In this document: positions 49,653-62,253 of the stretch, piece after piece
Layout: every line of letters begins with the position of its first letter
How positions within the stretch are numbered: the stretch's first letter is position 1
Source: an uncultured Actinomycetes bacterium
GTDB lineage: Bacteria > Actinomycetota > Thermoleophilia > Gaiellales > JAICJC01
Assembly (NCBI GenBank): GCA_963821535.1
Contig: CAWGEC010000012.1
Coordinates: 72,725-136,724, forward strand
Length of the DNA stretch: 64,000 nt
Direction of reading: 5' to 3'
Made by a program: the position numbers and the translations under genes
The notes under the pieces: generated by a model
What the model was told of the DNA's origin: nothing
Database searches by the model: none
The model's input: only the letters and a program-made list of their open reading frames with translations

Positions 49653-50429
49653 GTGCGGCAGGCGGACCGGTTCGGGGTGATCGTCGAGCGGCTGTCCGAG
49701 GACGGCTCGGTCGCCGTCGGCGACCTGGCGGGCGAGCTCGGCGTGTCGGCCGCCACGGTGCGCCGCGACCTGGCGCTCATGGAGGAGCAGCGCCTGCTCG
49801 ACCGCACCCACGGCGGCGCGGTCGCCCACGGCGTCCTCTACGAGCTGCCGCTGCGCTACCGAAGCGCCCGCCACCAGGAGCAGAAGGCCCGGATCGCACG
49901 TGCGGCGGCGGCGCGGGTCCCGGACGGCTCGGCCATCGGCATGACCGGCGGGACGACGACCACCGAGGTGGCCCGGGCGCTGGCCGACCGCGAGCGGCTG
50001 ACGGTCGTCACCAACTCGCTCAGCATCGCGTCGGAGCTGGCCGTGCGGCCGAACCTGAAGCTGGTCGTGACCGGCGGCGTCGCCCGGACCGAGTCCTACG
50101 AGCTGGTCGGCCCGCTCGCCGAGAGCGCGCTCGCGAGCCTGAACCTCGACCTGGTCGTGATCGGCGTCGACGGGATCGACGTCCATGCCGGGTTCACGAC
50201 CCACCACGAGGTCGAGGCGCACACCAACCGCGCCCTGATCGAGCGCGCCCGCCAGGTCATCGTCGCGGCCGACAGCTCGAAGATCGGCCAGGTCGCGTTC
50301 GCCCGGATCTGCGACCTGGACGAGGTGCACGAGGTGATCACCGACGCGGCCGCCGACCCCGCCCAGATCGAGGCGATCCGGGCAGCCGGAATCGAGGTCA
50401 CGATCGTCGAGGCGGGGCCGACGCGGTAG
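49653..50429 (+). CDS. DeoR/GlpR family transcriptional regulator
   Basis: The GTG at 49653 gives VRQADRFGVIVERLSEDGSVAVGDLAGELGVSAATVRRDLALME (HTH_DeoR), then the DeoRC sugar-phosphate sensor domain (GMTGGTTTTEVA...VIGVDGID...). Intact. Confidence 0.85.
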   Translation: MRQADRFGVIVERLSEDGSVAVGDLAGELGVSAATVRRDLALMEEQRLLDRTHGGAVAHGVLYELPLRYRSARHQEQKARIARAAAARVPDGSAIGMTGGTTTTEVARALADRERLTVVTNSLSIASELAVRPNLKLVVTGGVARTESYELVGPLAESALASLNLDLVVIGVDGIDVHAGFTTHHEVEAHTNRALIERARQVIVAADSSKIGQVAFARICDLDEVHEVITDAAADPAQIEAIRAAGIEVTIVEAGPTR

Positions 50430-51153
50430 CGAGCAGGAGCGTCCGGGCCAGGCGGATGCCCCCGGCCGCGCCGATCCGGCGCTCGAGCTCGGCCACCACC
50501 GCCGCCTCCTCGGCCGGTGAGAGCGTCTCGGCGAGGCGGGCGAAGTGGCCGATGGTCGCGGTGAGCTCGCGCCAGTGGTCGGCCGCGGACGGCGGCCGCA
50601 GCTCGTCGCGGAGCACGGTGCCCGCCGCCTCGAGGCCGGCGCGACGGTGCAGCTCGAGGAGCTCGTCGAGGTCGCCAAGGCGGCCGAACACCCGCGCGAA
50701 CGCGGCCCGCTCGGCGCCGAGCACCGCCGCCACGGCGGCGCGCGGCTCTCCGAACCACGGGTTCTCCTCGACCCGCGCCCAGACGGCCGTCACCACCCGG
50801 CCTCCCGGCGCGACGACCCGGGCCAGCTCGCGCAGCACCGCCTCGGGATCGGCGGCGATCATCAGCGAGAGCCGGCTCACGGCCGCCGCGAAGGCGCCGT
50901 CCCCGAACGGGAGCGGCACGGTCATGTCGGCGTGCAGGACGCGAACGTCGACCCCCGCCTGACCGGCCCGCTCGCGGGCGGCGGCGAGCCGCGCCTCGCT
51001 CACGTCGATCCCCGTGACCGCGGCCCCGGCGCGGGCCAGCTCCACGGCCAGCCTCCCGCTGCCGCAGCCCACGTCGAGGACCGACTCAGCGCCGGCGGCC
51101 GCGGCGAGGATCTCGGGAAAGCCCGGCGGCGACGGCCGCCCGCCGTCGGTCAC
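50398..51153 (-). CDS. class I SAM-dependent methyltransferase
   Basis: The GTG at 51153 overlaps (GTGA) the upstream stop. SVLDVGCGSGRLAVELA is motif I; FGDGAFAAAVSRLSLM and APGGRVV are also present. Confidence 0.75.
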   Translation of the reverse strand: MTDGGRPSPPGFPEILAAAAGAESVLDVGCGSGRLAVELARAGAAVTGIDVSEARLAAARERAGQAGVDVRVLHADMTVPLPFGDGAFAAAVSRLSLMIAADPEAVLRELARVVAPGGRVVTAVWARVEENPWFGEPRAAVAAVLGAERAAFARVFGRLGDLDELLELHRRAGLEAAGTVLRDELRPPSAADHWRELTATIGHFARLAETLSPAEEAAVVAELERRIGAAGGIRLARTLLLATASAPPRRS

Positions 51154-52048
51154 GACGCGGAGACGCCGCCGATGTACCGGGCCGGGTCGGCCTCGAACCG
51201 GGCCCGGCAGCCCGAGCAGCAGAAGTGATACGCGACGCCGTCGAGGACGACCATCTCGCCGACCGGCTGGGTCGGCACCCGCATGCCGCACACGGGATCG
51301 ACCGCCTCGGCGACCGCGGGCACCCCGGCGTTCCAGGCATCGTCTGCGGCCGAGTGCCGCCACGCCACGAGCTCGGCGAGGACGGCGACGGCGATCTCCT
51401 CCTGGCGCAGCGGGCCGAGGTCGAGGCCGGCCGGGCTGCGGACCCGGGCCAGCGCGGCGTCGTCGACCCCCCGGTCGCGCAGGACGTCGAAGACGGAGGC
51501 CGCCCGCCGCGTGCTCGCGACGAGCCCGACGTACCCGGCGCCCGACGCGAGCGCCGCCTGGAGCGTGTCCTCGTCGCCGCGGCCCATCGCCGCGATCACG
51601 ACGGCGTCGGGCTCACCGGCGACCTCGCGGCTCACGCGCCAGCCGACCGCCGGGGCGAGCTGGCTGAGGGCGCGGGCCGCCGGGCTGTCGCCGACCACCG
51701 CCAGGAGCGGCCCGGCGACGCACGGCTCGAGCAGCACCTCGACGGTGCCCTCCGATGCGCACGTCGTCGGGACGACCACATCGGCTCCGTCCGGGTCGAG
51801 ATCGCCCTCCGGGCCGATGCGCACGAACCGCGGCTCGCCGGCTGCGAGCGCGCGCAGCGACTCGCGGATGACCACGGGCTCGGCGCACGCTCCTCCCACC
51901 CAGCCGGCGATGCTGCCGTCGGCCCGGACGAGGGCCCGGTCGCCGGGCCGGGTCGATGCCGGGCGGCGAACGCGGACGACCGTCGCGAGCACGTACGGCT
52001 CGCCGTCGGCCGCGAGCCGCCCGGCCATGACGATGACGTCGTCGGGGG

Positions 52049-52052
<4 letters not shown>
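51150..52052 (-). CDS. XdhC/CoxI family maturation protein fused to a C-terminal YHS/TRASH metal-binding domain
   Basis: The GTG at 52052 overlaps (GTGA) the coxL stop. The XdhC_CoxI N-domain is [26 protein letters not shown]. The Rossmann-like XdhC_C region is [14 protein letters not shown]. The C-terminus is VDPVCGMRV...[17 protein letters not shown]. Confidence 0.75.
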
Positions 52053-54394
<2,342 letters not shown>

Positions 54395-54910
54395 TAGTCG
54401 TCGCTCTCCCTCTGCAAGCGCGGCGGCCGCGTGCTGCACGGCCTTGACGATGTTCCGATATCCGGTGCAGCGGCACACGTTGCCCGAGAGCGCCCAGCGG
54501 ATCTCCTCCTCCGTCGGGCTCGGGTTCTCGGCGAGGAACGCCACCGAGGTCAGCATCATCCCCGGGGTGCAGAAGCCGCACTGGAGCCCGTGCTCCTCGT
54601 GGAACCCCGTCTGGATGGCGTGGAGCTGCGCGCCCTGCGCGAGCCCCTCGACCGTGGTGATGGCCCGGCCCTCAGCCTGGACCGCGAACATCGTGCACGA
54701 CTTCGTCGGCACGCCGTCCACGAGGACGGTGCACGCGCCGCAGCTCGTCGTGTCGCACCCGATGTGGGTTCCGGTGAGGCCGAGCGTCTCGCGCAGGAAG
54801 TGGACGAGCAGGAGCCGCGTCTCGACCTCTTGCGAGCGCTCCTGGCCGTTGACGGTGACGGTCACTCGTGACGTGTGAGTCGTGTCTCCGACGGTGGTGG
54901 CCATGGTCAT
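54395..54910 (-). CDS. coxS: CO dehydrogenase small (2Fe-2S) subunit; no stop codon before the coxL ATG
   Basis: The ATG at 54910 overlaps (ATGA) the coxM stop. [16 protein letters not shown]...CTMF and QCGFCTPGM...VCRCTGY. The frame runs ...[13 protein letters not shown] straight into coxL. A TAA (gac gac TAA tg) exists only in another frame. Confidence 0.8.
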
Positions 54911-55794
54911 CCCCCTTCCTGCCCGGCCTGGGCCTCGGCGACGGCCTGGCGCAGTCCACGCTCGGTGTAGACGCGGACGACGCTCCGCTTGAACTCCGCG
55001 GTGCCGCGCACGTCGTCGCGCGGCTGGGCGGCCTCCGCCGCCAGCCGCGCCGCATCCTTGATCGCGGCCTCGTCGGGAGCGCGCCCGACGAGCGCCTCCT
55101 CGGCGGCCCGCGCGCGCATGTTGGTGGGTCCGACGCCCGTGAGCGCGATCCCGGCCCGGCCGACAGTCCCGTTCGAGAGCGACACCTGGACGGCGACGCC
55201 GACGGTGGCGAAGTCGCCGATCTTGCGCTCGAGCTTCAGGTACGTCCCGGAGGCGCGCGGTCCCGGGTCGGGGACGTGCACCTCGGTGATCAGCTCGTTC
55301 GGCTCGAGCGTCGTCATGAACGGGCCGGCGAGGAGGTCGTCGATCGAGATCGTGCGCGACGACCCGCCCGGCCCGCGAACCGCGACCTCGGCTCCGGCGG
55401 CGAGCATGACCGAGCCCCAGTCGCCCTGCGGGTCGGCGTGTGCCAGCGACCCGCACACGGTGCCGTGGTTTCGCACGATCGGGTCGGAGATCTGCGGCGC
55501 CGCCCGGCCGAGGGCCGCATAGCGGCCGCGCAGGTGCTCGGACCGCTCGCAGTCCTTGTGGCGAACGCGGGCGCCGATGACGAGGCCGCCGCCGCCGGGG
55601 ACGATCGCATCGCCGAGGTCGCCGACGCGGTTGATGTCGATGAGCGCCGTCGGCGCCGCGAACCGCAGTTTCATGAGGGGGATGAGGCTCTGGCCGCCGG
55701 CCAGCACCTTCCCCTCGTCGCCGTGCTCGTCGAGGTGCGCGATGGCATCGTCGAGCGTCGTGGGCGCCAGATACTCGAAGCTGGCCGGGTACAC
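54907..55794 (-). CDS. coxM: CO dehydrogenase medium (FAD-binding) subunit
   Basis: The GTG at 55794 is preceded by [30 protein letters not shown]...[15 protein letters not shown]...[12 protein letters not shown]...[10 protein letters not shown]. Confidence 0.85.
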   Translation of the reverse strand: MYPASFEYLAPTTLDDAIAHLDEHGDEGKVLAGGQSLIPLMKLRFAAPTALIDINRVGDLGDAIVPGGGGLVIGARVRHKDCERSEHLRGRYAALGRAAPQISDPIVRNHGTVCGSLAHADPQGDWGSVMLAAGAEVAVRGPGGSSRTISIDDLLAGPFMTTLEPNELITEVHVPDPGPRASGTYLKLERKIGDFATVGVAVQVSLSNGTVGRAGIALTGVGPTNMRARAAEEALVGRAPDEAAIKDAARLAAEAAQPRDDVRGTAEFKRSVVRVYTERGLRQAVAEAQAGQEGG

Positions 55795-55954
55795 GTGATC
55801 CCTCCCTCCGGCGGGCACGCCCGGCTTCCGCGGGCCGGGCCGGCCCGACGCTCGAAGATGCGGCAGAGGATACCGGGTTTGGCACCCTGCGGCGGTGCGC
55901 GAACCCCCGTACGAAACGTGATAATTCGCACCCCCGCCAAGATGATGATCTGAG

Positions 55955-56488
55955 ATGAGGCTGCGACACCTCACCCTCCTCGCCCTCCTCGGTCTGGTGA
56001 ACGCCTGCTCCTCCTCTCATCAGGCGGCCTCGGCTCCGCACGAGCCCGCGAGCACGCGGCAGCCGGTGGCGTCGGCGAGGTGCGGGAGCACCCCGGTGAA
56101 ACGCGGCGCGGTCCCGAGGTGGACCGCTCCCGCGTGGTCGACCTCCTCCCCGGGCTTCGCCTCGCATCTGCGCTACGCCGTCTCCGCCGGAGGCAACGTG
56201 GTCGCGGTCCTCTTCGCCTATCCGCTGCGCGCCGGCCGGCCGGAGAACCCGGCCAACAAGATCCTCTGGATCGTCCGCCAGCCCCGCCGGGGACAGCCGC
56301 TGCACATCCGCGCGCAGCCCATGGGCTTCTCGGCCCCCGGCGTCACCACGAGCTGGCCGGCCAATTCCTCACCCGGCGAGATCTACCCCTCGATCGACAA
56401 CGTCCCGCGTCCCGGCTGCTGGCGCTTCGCCCTGCGCTGGGCCGGCCACACCGACACGGTCGCCCTCCGCTACCGAGGGCGGCGTTAA
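55955..56488 (+). CDS. lipoprotein of unknown function
   Basis: [21 protein letters not shown] has the lipobox LVNAC. Intact 177 aa. A GATAAT hexamer lies about 30 nt upstream. Confidence 0.55.
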   Translation: MRLRHLTLLALLGLVNACSSSHQAASAPHEPASTRQPVASARCGSTPVKRGAVPRWTAPAWSTSSPGFASHLRYAVSAGGNVVAVLFAYPLRAGRPENPANKILWIVRQPRRGQPLHIRAQPMGFSAPGVTTSWPANSSPGEIYPSIDNVPRPGCWRFALRWAGHTDTVALRYRGRR

Positions 56489-56519
56489 CCGGCGACCGGC
56501 CTCGGCCGATAACGCGGGC

Positions 56520-58742
56520 ATGGGATTGCGCGGGTGGCGGCGAGAGCTCGGCGTGCGCGCCCGCGCGCGCCGCGGGCTGGCCGCGCTTGCCCACCGGAGC
56601 CGGCTCGCCTGGACAGGCGAGGAGCAACTCCGGCTCGCCCTGGCCGCCGCCCGGATGGGCACGTTCGAATGGGACCTGCGGACGAACCGGGGGACGATGT
56701 CGGCAGAGCTCGAGGCAATCCACGGGCTGGCGCCGGGCGAGTTCGACGGCAGCCGAGAGATGATGGTGGAGCTCGTGCACCCGGACGACCGCGAGGAGTT
56801 CCTCGCCGGTTTCGCCCGGGCGATCGCAGAGGGCGAGAGGTATGTGACGGAATTCCGGATCGTGCTTCCGAGCGGCGCGGTGCGCTGGCGGACCGCCGTC
56901 GCGACCATCCTGACCGGGGCGGACGGCACGCCGTCGCGCATCGTGGGCGTAGGCCAGGACGTAACCGACCGGCGCATGGCGGAGGAGACGCTGGCCGAGG
57001 CGCAGGCCCGGTACCGGCGCATGGTCGAGCAGCTCCCGCTCGTCACCTACGTCGAGAGCCTCGACGCCGAGAGCGCCCTCTACATCAGCCCGCAGATCGA
57101 GCAGCTGGCCGGCTACACCGCCGAGGAGTGGGTCGCGGACCCGCACTTCTTCGGCAAGGTGCTCCACCCTGACGATCGCGATGACGTCCTCGGCCAGTTC
57201 GCGCACACCCACATGACCGGCGATATGTACGACGGCGAGTACCGGCTGATCGCCAGGGACGGCCGGATCGTGTGGGTCAACGACGTCGCCGTCCGCGTCC
57301 GCGACGACGCCGGGAACCCGCTCTACTCGCAGGGGTACATGGTCGACGTGACCGCCCGCCACATCGCGGAGCAGGCGCTCGCCGAGAGCAGGGCGCAGCT
57401 CGAGCAGCGGATGCGCGAGATCGAGCACCAGGCGCTGCACGACGCCCTCACCGGCCTTCCGAACCGGACGCTCTTCCACGACCGAGTCGATCAGGCCCTT
57501 CGCGCGGCGCGGCGTACCGGCGGCGCCGTCTGCGTCATGTTGATCGACCTCGACCGGTTCAAGGACGTGAACGACACGCTCGGGCACCTGAGCGGCGACG
57601 TGCTGCTCCAGGAGGTCGCGCGCAGGCTGCGAACGCCGGTGCGCGAGTCGGACACGGTCGCGCGGCTCGGCGGCGACGAGTTCGGGGTGCTGGCGACGGG
57701 CGTCGCGACGGCCGAGGATGCGATCGTGCTCGCCGAGAAGCTGCGGGAGGCGCTGGCCGAGCCGATCGCCGTCGGCGGGCTGGCGCTCGAGGTCGAGTCG
57801 AGCATCGGGATCGCGCTCGCCCCCGACCACGGATCCGACGTCGAGACGCTCATCCGGCACGCCGACGTCTCGATGTACGTCAGCAAGCGCACGCACAGCC
57901 CCGCCATCTACTGCCCCGAGACCGACCATCATTCCCGCGTGCGCCTCACGCTCGTCGCCGACCTGCGCCGGGCCCTCGAGCGCAAGGAGCTCGTCGTCTA
58001 CTACCAGCCGCAGGCCAACGCGGCGACCGGGGTCGTCCGGACGATGGAGGCGCTCGTCCGGTGGGAGCACCCCGTGCACGGCCTGCTGCCGCCCGACCAG
58101 TTCGTCCCGCTCGCCGAGCAGACGGGCCTCATCCGGCCGCTCACGCTCTACATGGTGGACGCCGCGCTGCACCAGTGCGCCGCGTGGCGGAACGCCGGCT
58201 ACGACGTGGCGGTCGCCGTCAACGTCACGGGCCGCGACCTGCTCGACCTGCGGTTCCCGGAGGAGATCGCCGCGGCCATCGCGCGCGCGGGCACCGCACC
58301 CGACGCGCTCGAGCTCGAGATCACCGAGAGCACGATCATGACCGACGCCGCGCGGGCGCGAACGGTGCTCGTCCAGCTGAGCGAGCTGGGCGTGCGGCTC
58401 GCGATCGACGACTTCGGAAGCGGCCACTCGTCCCTGGGCTACCTGAAGCGGCTGCCGATCGACGTGCTCAAGATCGACCGCTCGTTCGTGATCAACATGA
58501 CCGACGACGGCGACGATGCCGTGATCGTCCGCTCCACCATCGACCTCGGCCACAATCTCGGCCTCGAGGTGGTCGCCGAGGGCGTCGAGACGCAGGAGGC
58601 GCTGGCCCGGCTTGCGGAGCTGGGCTGCGACACCGTGCAGGGCTACTTCCTGAGCCGCCCCCAGCCGACCGACGCGGTCGAGTGGATCGTGCGCCGCCTG
58701 GCCCGCCGCCTCCCGCCGGACTCCCGCGCAGCCAGCGCGTAA
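56520..58742 (+). CDS. PAS-PAS-GGDEF-EAL cyclic-di-GMP turnover protein
   Basis: Intact 740 aa with two PAS repeats, [10 protein letters not shown], and EALVRWEHP...[13 protein letters not shown]...KIDRSF. The stop TAA is the first triplet of REP copy 6. Confidence 0.9.
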   Translation: MGLRGWRRELGVRARARRGLAALAHRSRLAWTGEEQLRLALAAARMGTFEWDLRTNRGTMSAELEAIHGLAPGEFDGSREMMVELVHPDDREEFLAGFARAIAEGERYVTEFRIVLPSGAVRWRTAVATILTGADGTPSRIVGVGQDVTDRRMAEETLAEAQARYRRMVEQLPLVTYVESLDAESALYISPQIEQLAGYTAEEWVADPHFFGKVLHPDDRDDVLGQFAHTHMTGDMYDGEYRLIARDGRIVWVNDVAVRVRDDAGNPLYSQGYMVDVTARHIAEQALAESRAQLEQRMREIEHQALHDALTGLPNRTLFHDRVDQALRAARRTGGAVCVMLIDLDRFKDVNDTLGHLSGDVLLQEVARRLRTPVRESDTVARLGGDEFGVLATGVATAEDAIVLAEKLREALAEPIAVGGLALEVESSIGIALAPDHGSDVETLIRHADVSMYVSKRTHSPAIYCPETDHHSRVRLTLVADLRRALERKELVVYYQPQANAATGVVRTMEALVRWEHPVHGLLPPDQFVPLAEQTGLIRPLTLYMVDAALHQCAAWRNAGYDVAVAVNVTGRDLLDLRFPEEIAAAIARAGTAPDALELEITESTIMTDAARARTVLVQLSELGVRLAIDDFGSGHSSLGYLKRLPIDVLKIDRSFVINMTDDGDDAVIVRSTIDLGHNLGLEVVAEGVETQEALARLAELGCDTVQGYFLSRPQPTDAVEWIVRRLARRLPPDSRAASA

Positions 58743-58785
58743 CCACCGGGGCCAGGCCCCGTACGGGGCCTGGCCCCACGGGGTT
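58740..58785. repeat. REP-like double palindrome, copy 6
   Basis: TAACCACCGGGGCCAGGCCCCGTACGGGGCCTGGCCCCACGGGGTT. Confidence 0.9.
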
Positions 58786-58837
58786 TGCCGATCTCCACCG
58801 TGGGTAGTCAGCGGGTTCTCTGACCCAAGGAGGACCG

Positions 58838-59128
58838 ATGATCACACTGACCATGGAGGCGACCGACGCGATCCGCGAGCTCGTGGGGAACGCCGAGCTG
58901 CCCGACACCGGCGGGCTGCGGCTCGACATGAACGACGGATCGATGAACAGCGCGCCGCCCAGCCTGGCGCTTTCGCTCGTCGAGTCACCTGCCGCCACCG
59001 ACGAGGTGATCGACGAGGGCGGCGTCCACGTGTACGTCTCCGAGCAGGCCGCACCGCTGCTCGACGGCAAGCAGATCGACGCCCGCAGCGAAGCGGGCGG
59101 CGTCACGTTCCTCGTGAACGACAAATAA
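58838..59128 (+). CDS. HesB/IscA-like family protein lacking the conserved cysteines
   Basis: MITLTMEATDAIRELVG...GGLRL...VHVYVSEQAAPLLDGKQIDARSEAGGVTFLV follows the IscA fold pattern, but the 96-aa sequence has no Cys. Confidence 0.5.
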   Translation: MITLTMEATDAIRELVGNAELPDTGGLRLDMNDGSMNSAPPSLALSLVESPAATDEVIDEGGVHVYVSEQAAPLLDGKQIDARSEAGGVTFLVNDK

Positions 59129-59135
59129 GGCGAAC

Positions 59136-59178
59136 AACCGGGGCCAGGCCCCGTCCGGGGCCTGGCCGGACCGTGGGG
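59136..59178. repeat. REP-like double palindrome, copy 7a (right arm degenerate)
   Basis: AACCGGGGCCAGGCCCCGTCCGGGGCCTGGCCGGACCGTGGGG. Confidence 0.75.
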
Positions 59179-59205
59179 AGCAAGCTCCCCGCCTCAGCCG
59201 GGTGC

Positions 59206-59240
59206 CGCGCAACATTGGGGTCAGACCCCGTGGTTGCGCG
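59206..59240. repeat. half-size REP variant hairpin
   Basis: CGCGCAAC-ATTGGGGTC-A-GACCCCGTG-GTTGCGCG. It has a single GGGGTCAGACCCC core with an extra outer stem. Confidence 0.6.
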
Positions 59241-59286
59241 AACCACCGGGGCCAGGCCCCGTCCGGGGCCTGGCCCCACGGGGTTA
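59241..59286. repeat. REP-like double palindrome, copy 7b
   Basis: AACCACCGGGGCCAGGCCCCGTCCGGGGCCTGGCCCCACGGGGTTA. The TTA at 59284-59286 is the TAA stop of the minus-strand EtfD-like gene. Confidence 0.9.
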
Positions 59287-61262
59287 GGCGTCCTCTAGCG
59301 ATTCCGCGAGCAGCGTGGCCACGTCGGCCACGCGCAGCTCGCGGCCCGAGGTGCGGACGCCGTCGTCGAGCATGATCGTGCAGTAGGGGCAGGCGACCGC
59401 CAGCGTGTCGGCGCCGGTCTCGGCCGCCTCGCGGACGCGCTCCTCGTTGATCGCCCCGCCCGCGCTCCTCCATCCACATGTGCGCGCCGCCGGCGCCGCA
59501 GCAGAACGTCTGCTTGCCGGTGCGCTCCATCTCGACCGGCGTCCCGACCGCCTCCACCAGCTCGCGCGGCTCGGCCGCACGTCGTTGTGGCGGGCCAGGT
59601 AGCAGGAGTCGTGGTAGGTGATCGGCCTTGTCGCCGCCGCCGGGCGTGATGCGGCCCTCGCGCACCAGCTCGGCCAGGAGCTCGGTGTGGTGCACGACCT
59701 CGTAGCTCCCGCCGAAGTCGGGGTACTCGTTCGCGAGCGTGTTGAAGCAGTGCGGGCAGCGAGTGACGATCTTGCCCGCGCCGGTCTCGTTCAGCGTCTC
59801 GACGTTCTGCTCGGCGAACGCCTGGAAGACGTACTCGTTGCCCATCCGCCGGGCGGGATCGCCGGTGCACGCCTCGCGCGGGCCGAGGATCGCGAAGTCG
59901 ACGCCCGGCCGCCTGCAGCAGCTTCGCCGTCGACTCGGCCGACTGCCTTGGCGCGCTCGTCGAACGACGCCGCGCAGCCGACCCAGTAGAGCACCTCGGG
60001 CGCCGGGTCGCCCGGCTCGAGCACCCGCACGCCGAGCCCCTCCGCCCACGCGGCCCGCTCGGACTGGGCCTTGCCCCAGGGGTTGGACGAGCGCTCGACG
60101 TCGCGCAGCATCGGGTCGGCCTCGGCCGGGAAGCGGGCGTCGGCCATCACCAGGTGGCGGCGCAGGTCGACGATGTGGTCGATGTGCTCGATCGAGACCG
60201 GGCAGGCTCGTGCACGCAGGCGCCGCAGGTGACGCAGTCCCAGACCACGTCGTCGGTGACCGCGTTCGGGACGAGCGGCGTCGGCTCGCCGCCCCCCGCC
60301 GCGACGGCTTCGGCCCCTCGGCGAGGAGCTGGTCGCGCAGGCCCATGATCAGCAGCTTGGGCGAGAGCGCCTTGCCGGTCGCCTAGGCCGGGCAGACGTC
60401 CTGGCAGCGGCCGCACTCGGTGCACGAGACGGTGTCGATCATCTGCTTCCAGGTCATGTCGGCGACGGTGCCGGAGCCGAGCCGGATCTCCTCCTCGGGC
60501 CCCTCCGGGTCGTCGAACACGCAGCGGCTCGAGCCGGCCGCGCGCGCGCGTGCGCCCGAAGAAGACGTTCACGACCGCGGTTGACGATGTGCAGGTGCTT
60601 CGAGTAGCGGCAGGTAGGCCAGGAAGCTGAGGATCAGCAGCACGTGCGCCCAGACGAAGACCCGCTCGAGCGTCCTCGGTGCCGCGGCCGCCGCCGAACA
60701 GGTTCGAGAGCGCGTTCGAGACCGGCGACCACGCTCGCCGGCCACTCGTTCAGGTCGAGCGCGATCCGCGTGGCGTGCCAGAGGAGCAGCGTGGTGACGA
60801 TGCCGGCGATCATCGCCAGGATCAGGTCGGCCTCGCCGATGTGGCTGCCCTCGAACCGGGCCGGCCGCTGCACCTTGCGGATGACGAACGCCGTCACGAC
60901 GCCGGCGAACACCAGCACCGCGAACACGTCGACCAGGAGCGCGAACCAGCCCTGGTGGCCCAGCCACGGGCATCGTCTCGTCCTTCGCGACCACCGCGAT
61001 CATCGCCATCACGATGGTCGGGAACAGCACGAGGAAGCCCCAGAAGATGAAGGCGTGCATCAGCCCGGGCACCAGCCGCTGCAGCAGCTTGCGCTGGCCG
61101 AGCGCGATCACCACCTCCTTCCGGACCCGGGCGGCAGCGTCGCTCGAACCGGTCGCTAGGCCGCCCCATCCGCACGATCCGCACGAGCACCACGGCCCGC
61201 CGCGCGAACAGCCCGCCGCCGACCGCCAGCGACCGCCGAGCAGCGACGAGGAGGGCGACGGG
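59284..61262 (-). pseudogene. membrane-anchored (Fe-S)-binding oxidoreductase of the EtfD (Rv0338c) type: NarI-like TM domain, 4Fe-4S dicluster, two CCG domains; many frame changes
   Basis: Colinear fragments in all three minus frames: GQRKLLQRLVPGLMHAFIFWGFLVLFPTIV; FAVLVFAGVVTAFVIRKVQRPARFEGSHIGEADLIL; VWDCVTCGACVHE; LYWVGCAASFDERAK; AGVDFAILGPREACTGDPARRMGNEYVF...RCPHCFNTL; KQTFCCGAGGAHMW; DTLAVACPYCTIMLDDG...LLAESLEDA*. I count at least 8 switches. The start codon was not identified. Confidence 0.65.
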
Positions 61263-61264
61263 GT

Positions 61265-62253
61265 CTATCCGCCCCTCGCCTTCCGGATCTCGGCGACGAT
61301 GGCCGGGATCACCTCGTGCAGGTCGCCGATCACGGCGTAGTCGGCGTTCGCGATGATCGGCGCCTCGGGGTCGGTGTTGACCGCGAGGATGCGCTTCGCG
61401 CCCTTGCAGCCGGCCATGTGCTGGGTCGCGCCGCTGATGCCGCAGGCCAGGTAGACCTCGGGCGCGATCTTGGTGCCGGTCTGGCCGACCTGGTCGGTGT
61501 GCGGCCGCCAGCCGGCGATCGTGACCGCGCGCGAGCAGCCGACCGCGCCGCCCAGCAGCGCGGCGAGCTCCTCGACCGCCGCGAACCCCTCCGGCCGAGC
61601 CGGCCCCGCGGCCGCAGCTGACGACGAACTTGGCGTCGGCCAGCGACACGCCGCCGCCCGTGTCGGTCTGCGGCCCGCTCGACGACCTGCGCGACGAGGT
61701 CGGCGTCGCGCAGAGACCGGGCGTGAACGTCTCGACGTCGGCCGTCGCCCGTACCGCCGGCCGTCGCCGCCTCGACGGCGTGCGCGGCGACGGTCAGCAG
61801 CTTCGTCGCCCCGTGCAGCCGAGCCTCCTCGAGCAGGCTCCCGCCCCAGCGGACGCGGGTGACGGACGCCGGGTCGCCGGGCGCTGCGGCGATGCAGTTG
61901 GCGGCGAACGGCAGGTCGCCGATCGCCGCGGCGTGCGCCATCACCTCCGTCGCCGCGCTCGCTGCCGGCGCCCGATCACCGCGGCGGGCGAAAGCCGCGA
62001 GACCAGCTCGCGCGATCGCGCGCGCCCAGGCCCGCGGCGCGTGCGCGGCGAGCGCCCTCGTGCTCGGCGACGTGCGCCTTCGCGACGCCCAGCTCCCCGA
62101 GCCCGGCCGCGGCATCGGCCGCGCCCGGCCCGATCAGCACCGCCTCCAGCGCCGCGCCGGCCGCCTCGGCGTAGCCGCGGGCGAGCGCGGTCGCCTGGCA
62201 GCGAGAGGTCGTCGGCCGCGCCGCCTCGTGCTCGACCAGGACCAGGACGTCAT
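61265..62253 (-). pseudogene. etfA: electron transfer flavoprotein alpha subunit, many frame changes
   Basis: Fragments: VLVLVEHE...; ATEVMAHAAAIGDLPFAANCIAAAPGD...VTRVRWGGSLLEEARL...KLLTVAAHA; LADAKFVVSCGRG; then, by hand translation, GCSRAVTIAGWRPHTDQVGQTGTKIAPEVYLACGISGATQHMAGCKGAKRILAVNTDPEAPIIANADYAVIGDLHEVIPAIVAEIRKARGG*. At least 6 switches. Confidence 0.7.

Noticed and set aside
55880-55894. Sigma-54-like TGGCAC in the coxM / lipoprotein intergenic region.
   Set aside because: The -12 element (TTGCW at the correct 5-nt spacing) is absent, and no enhancer-binding-protein gene is nearby.
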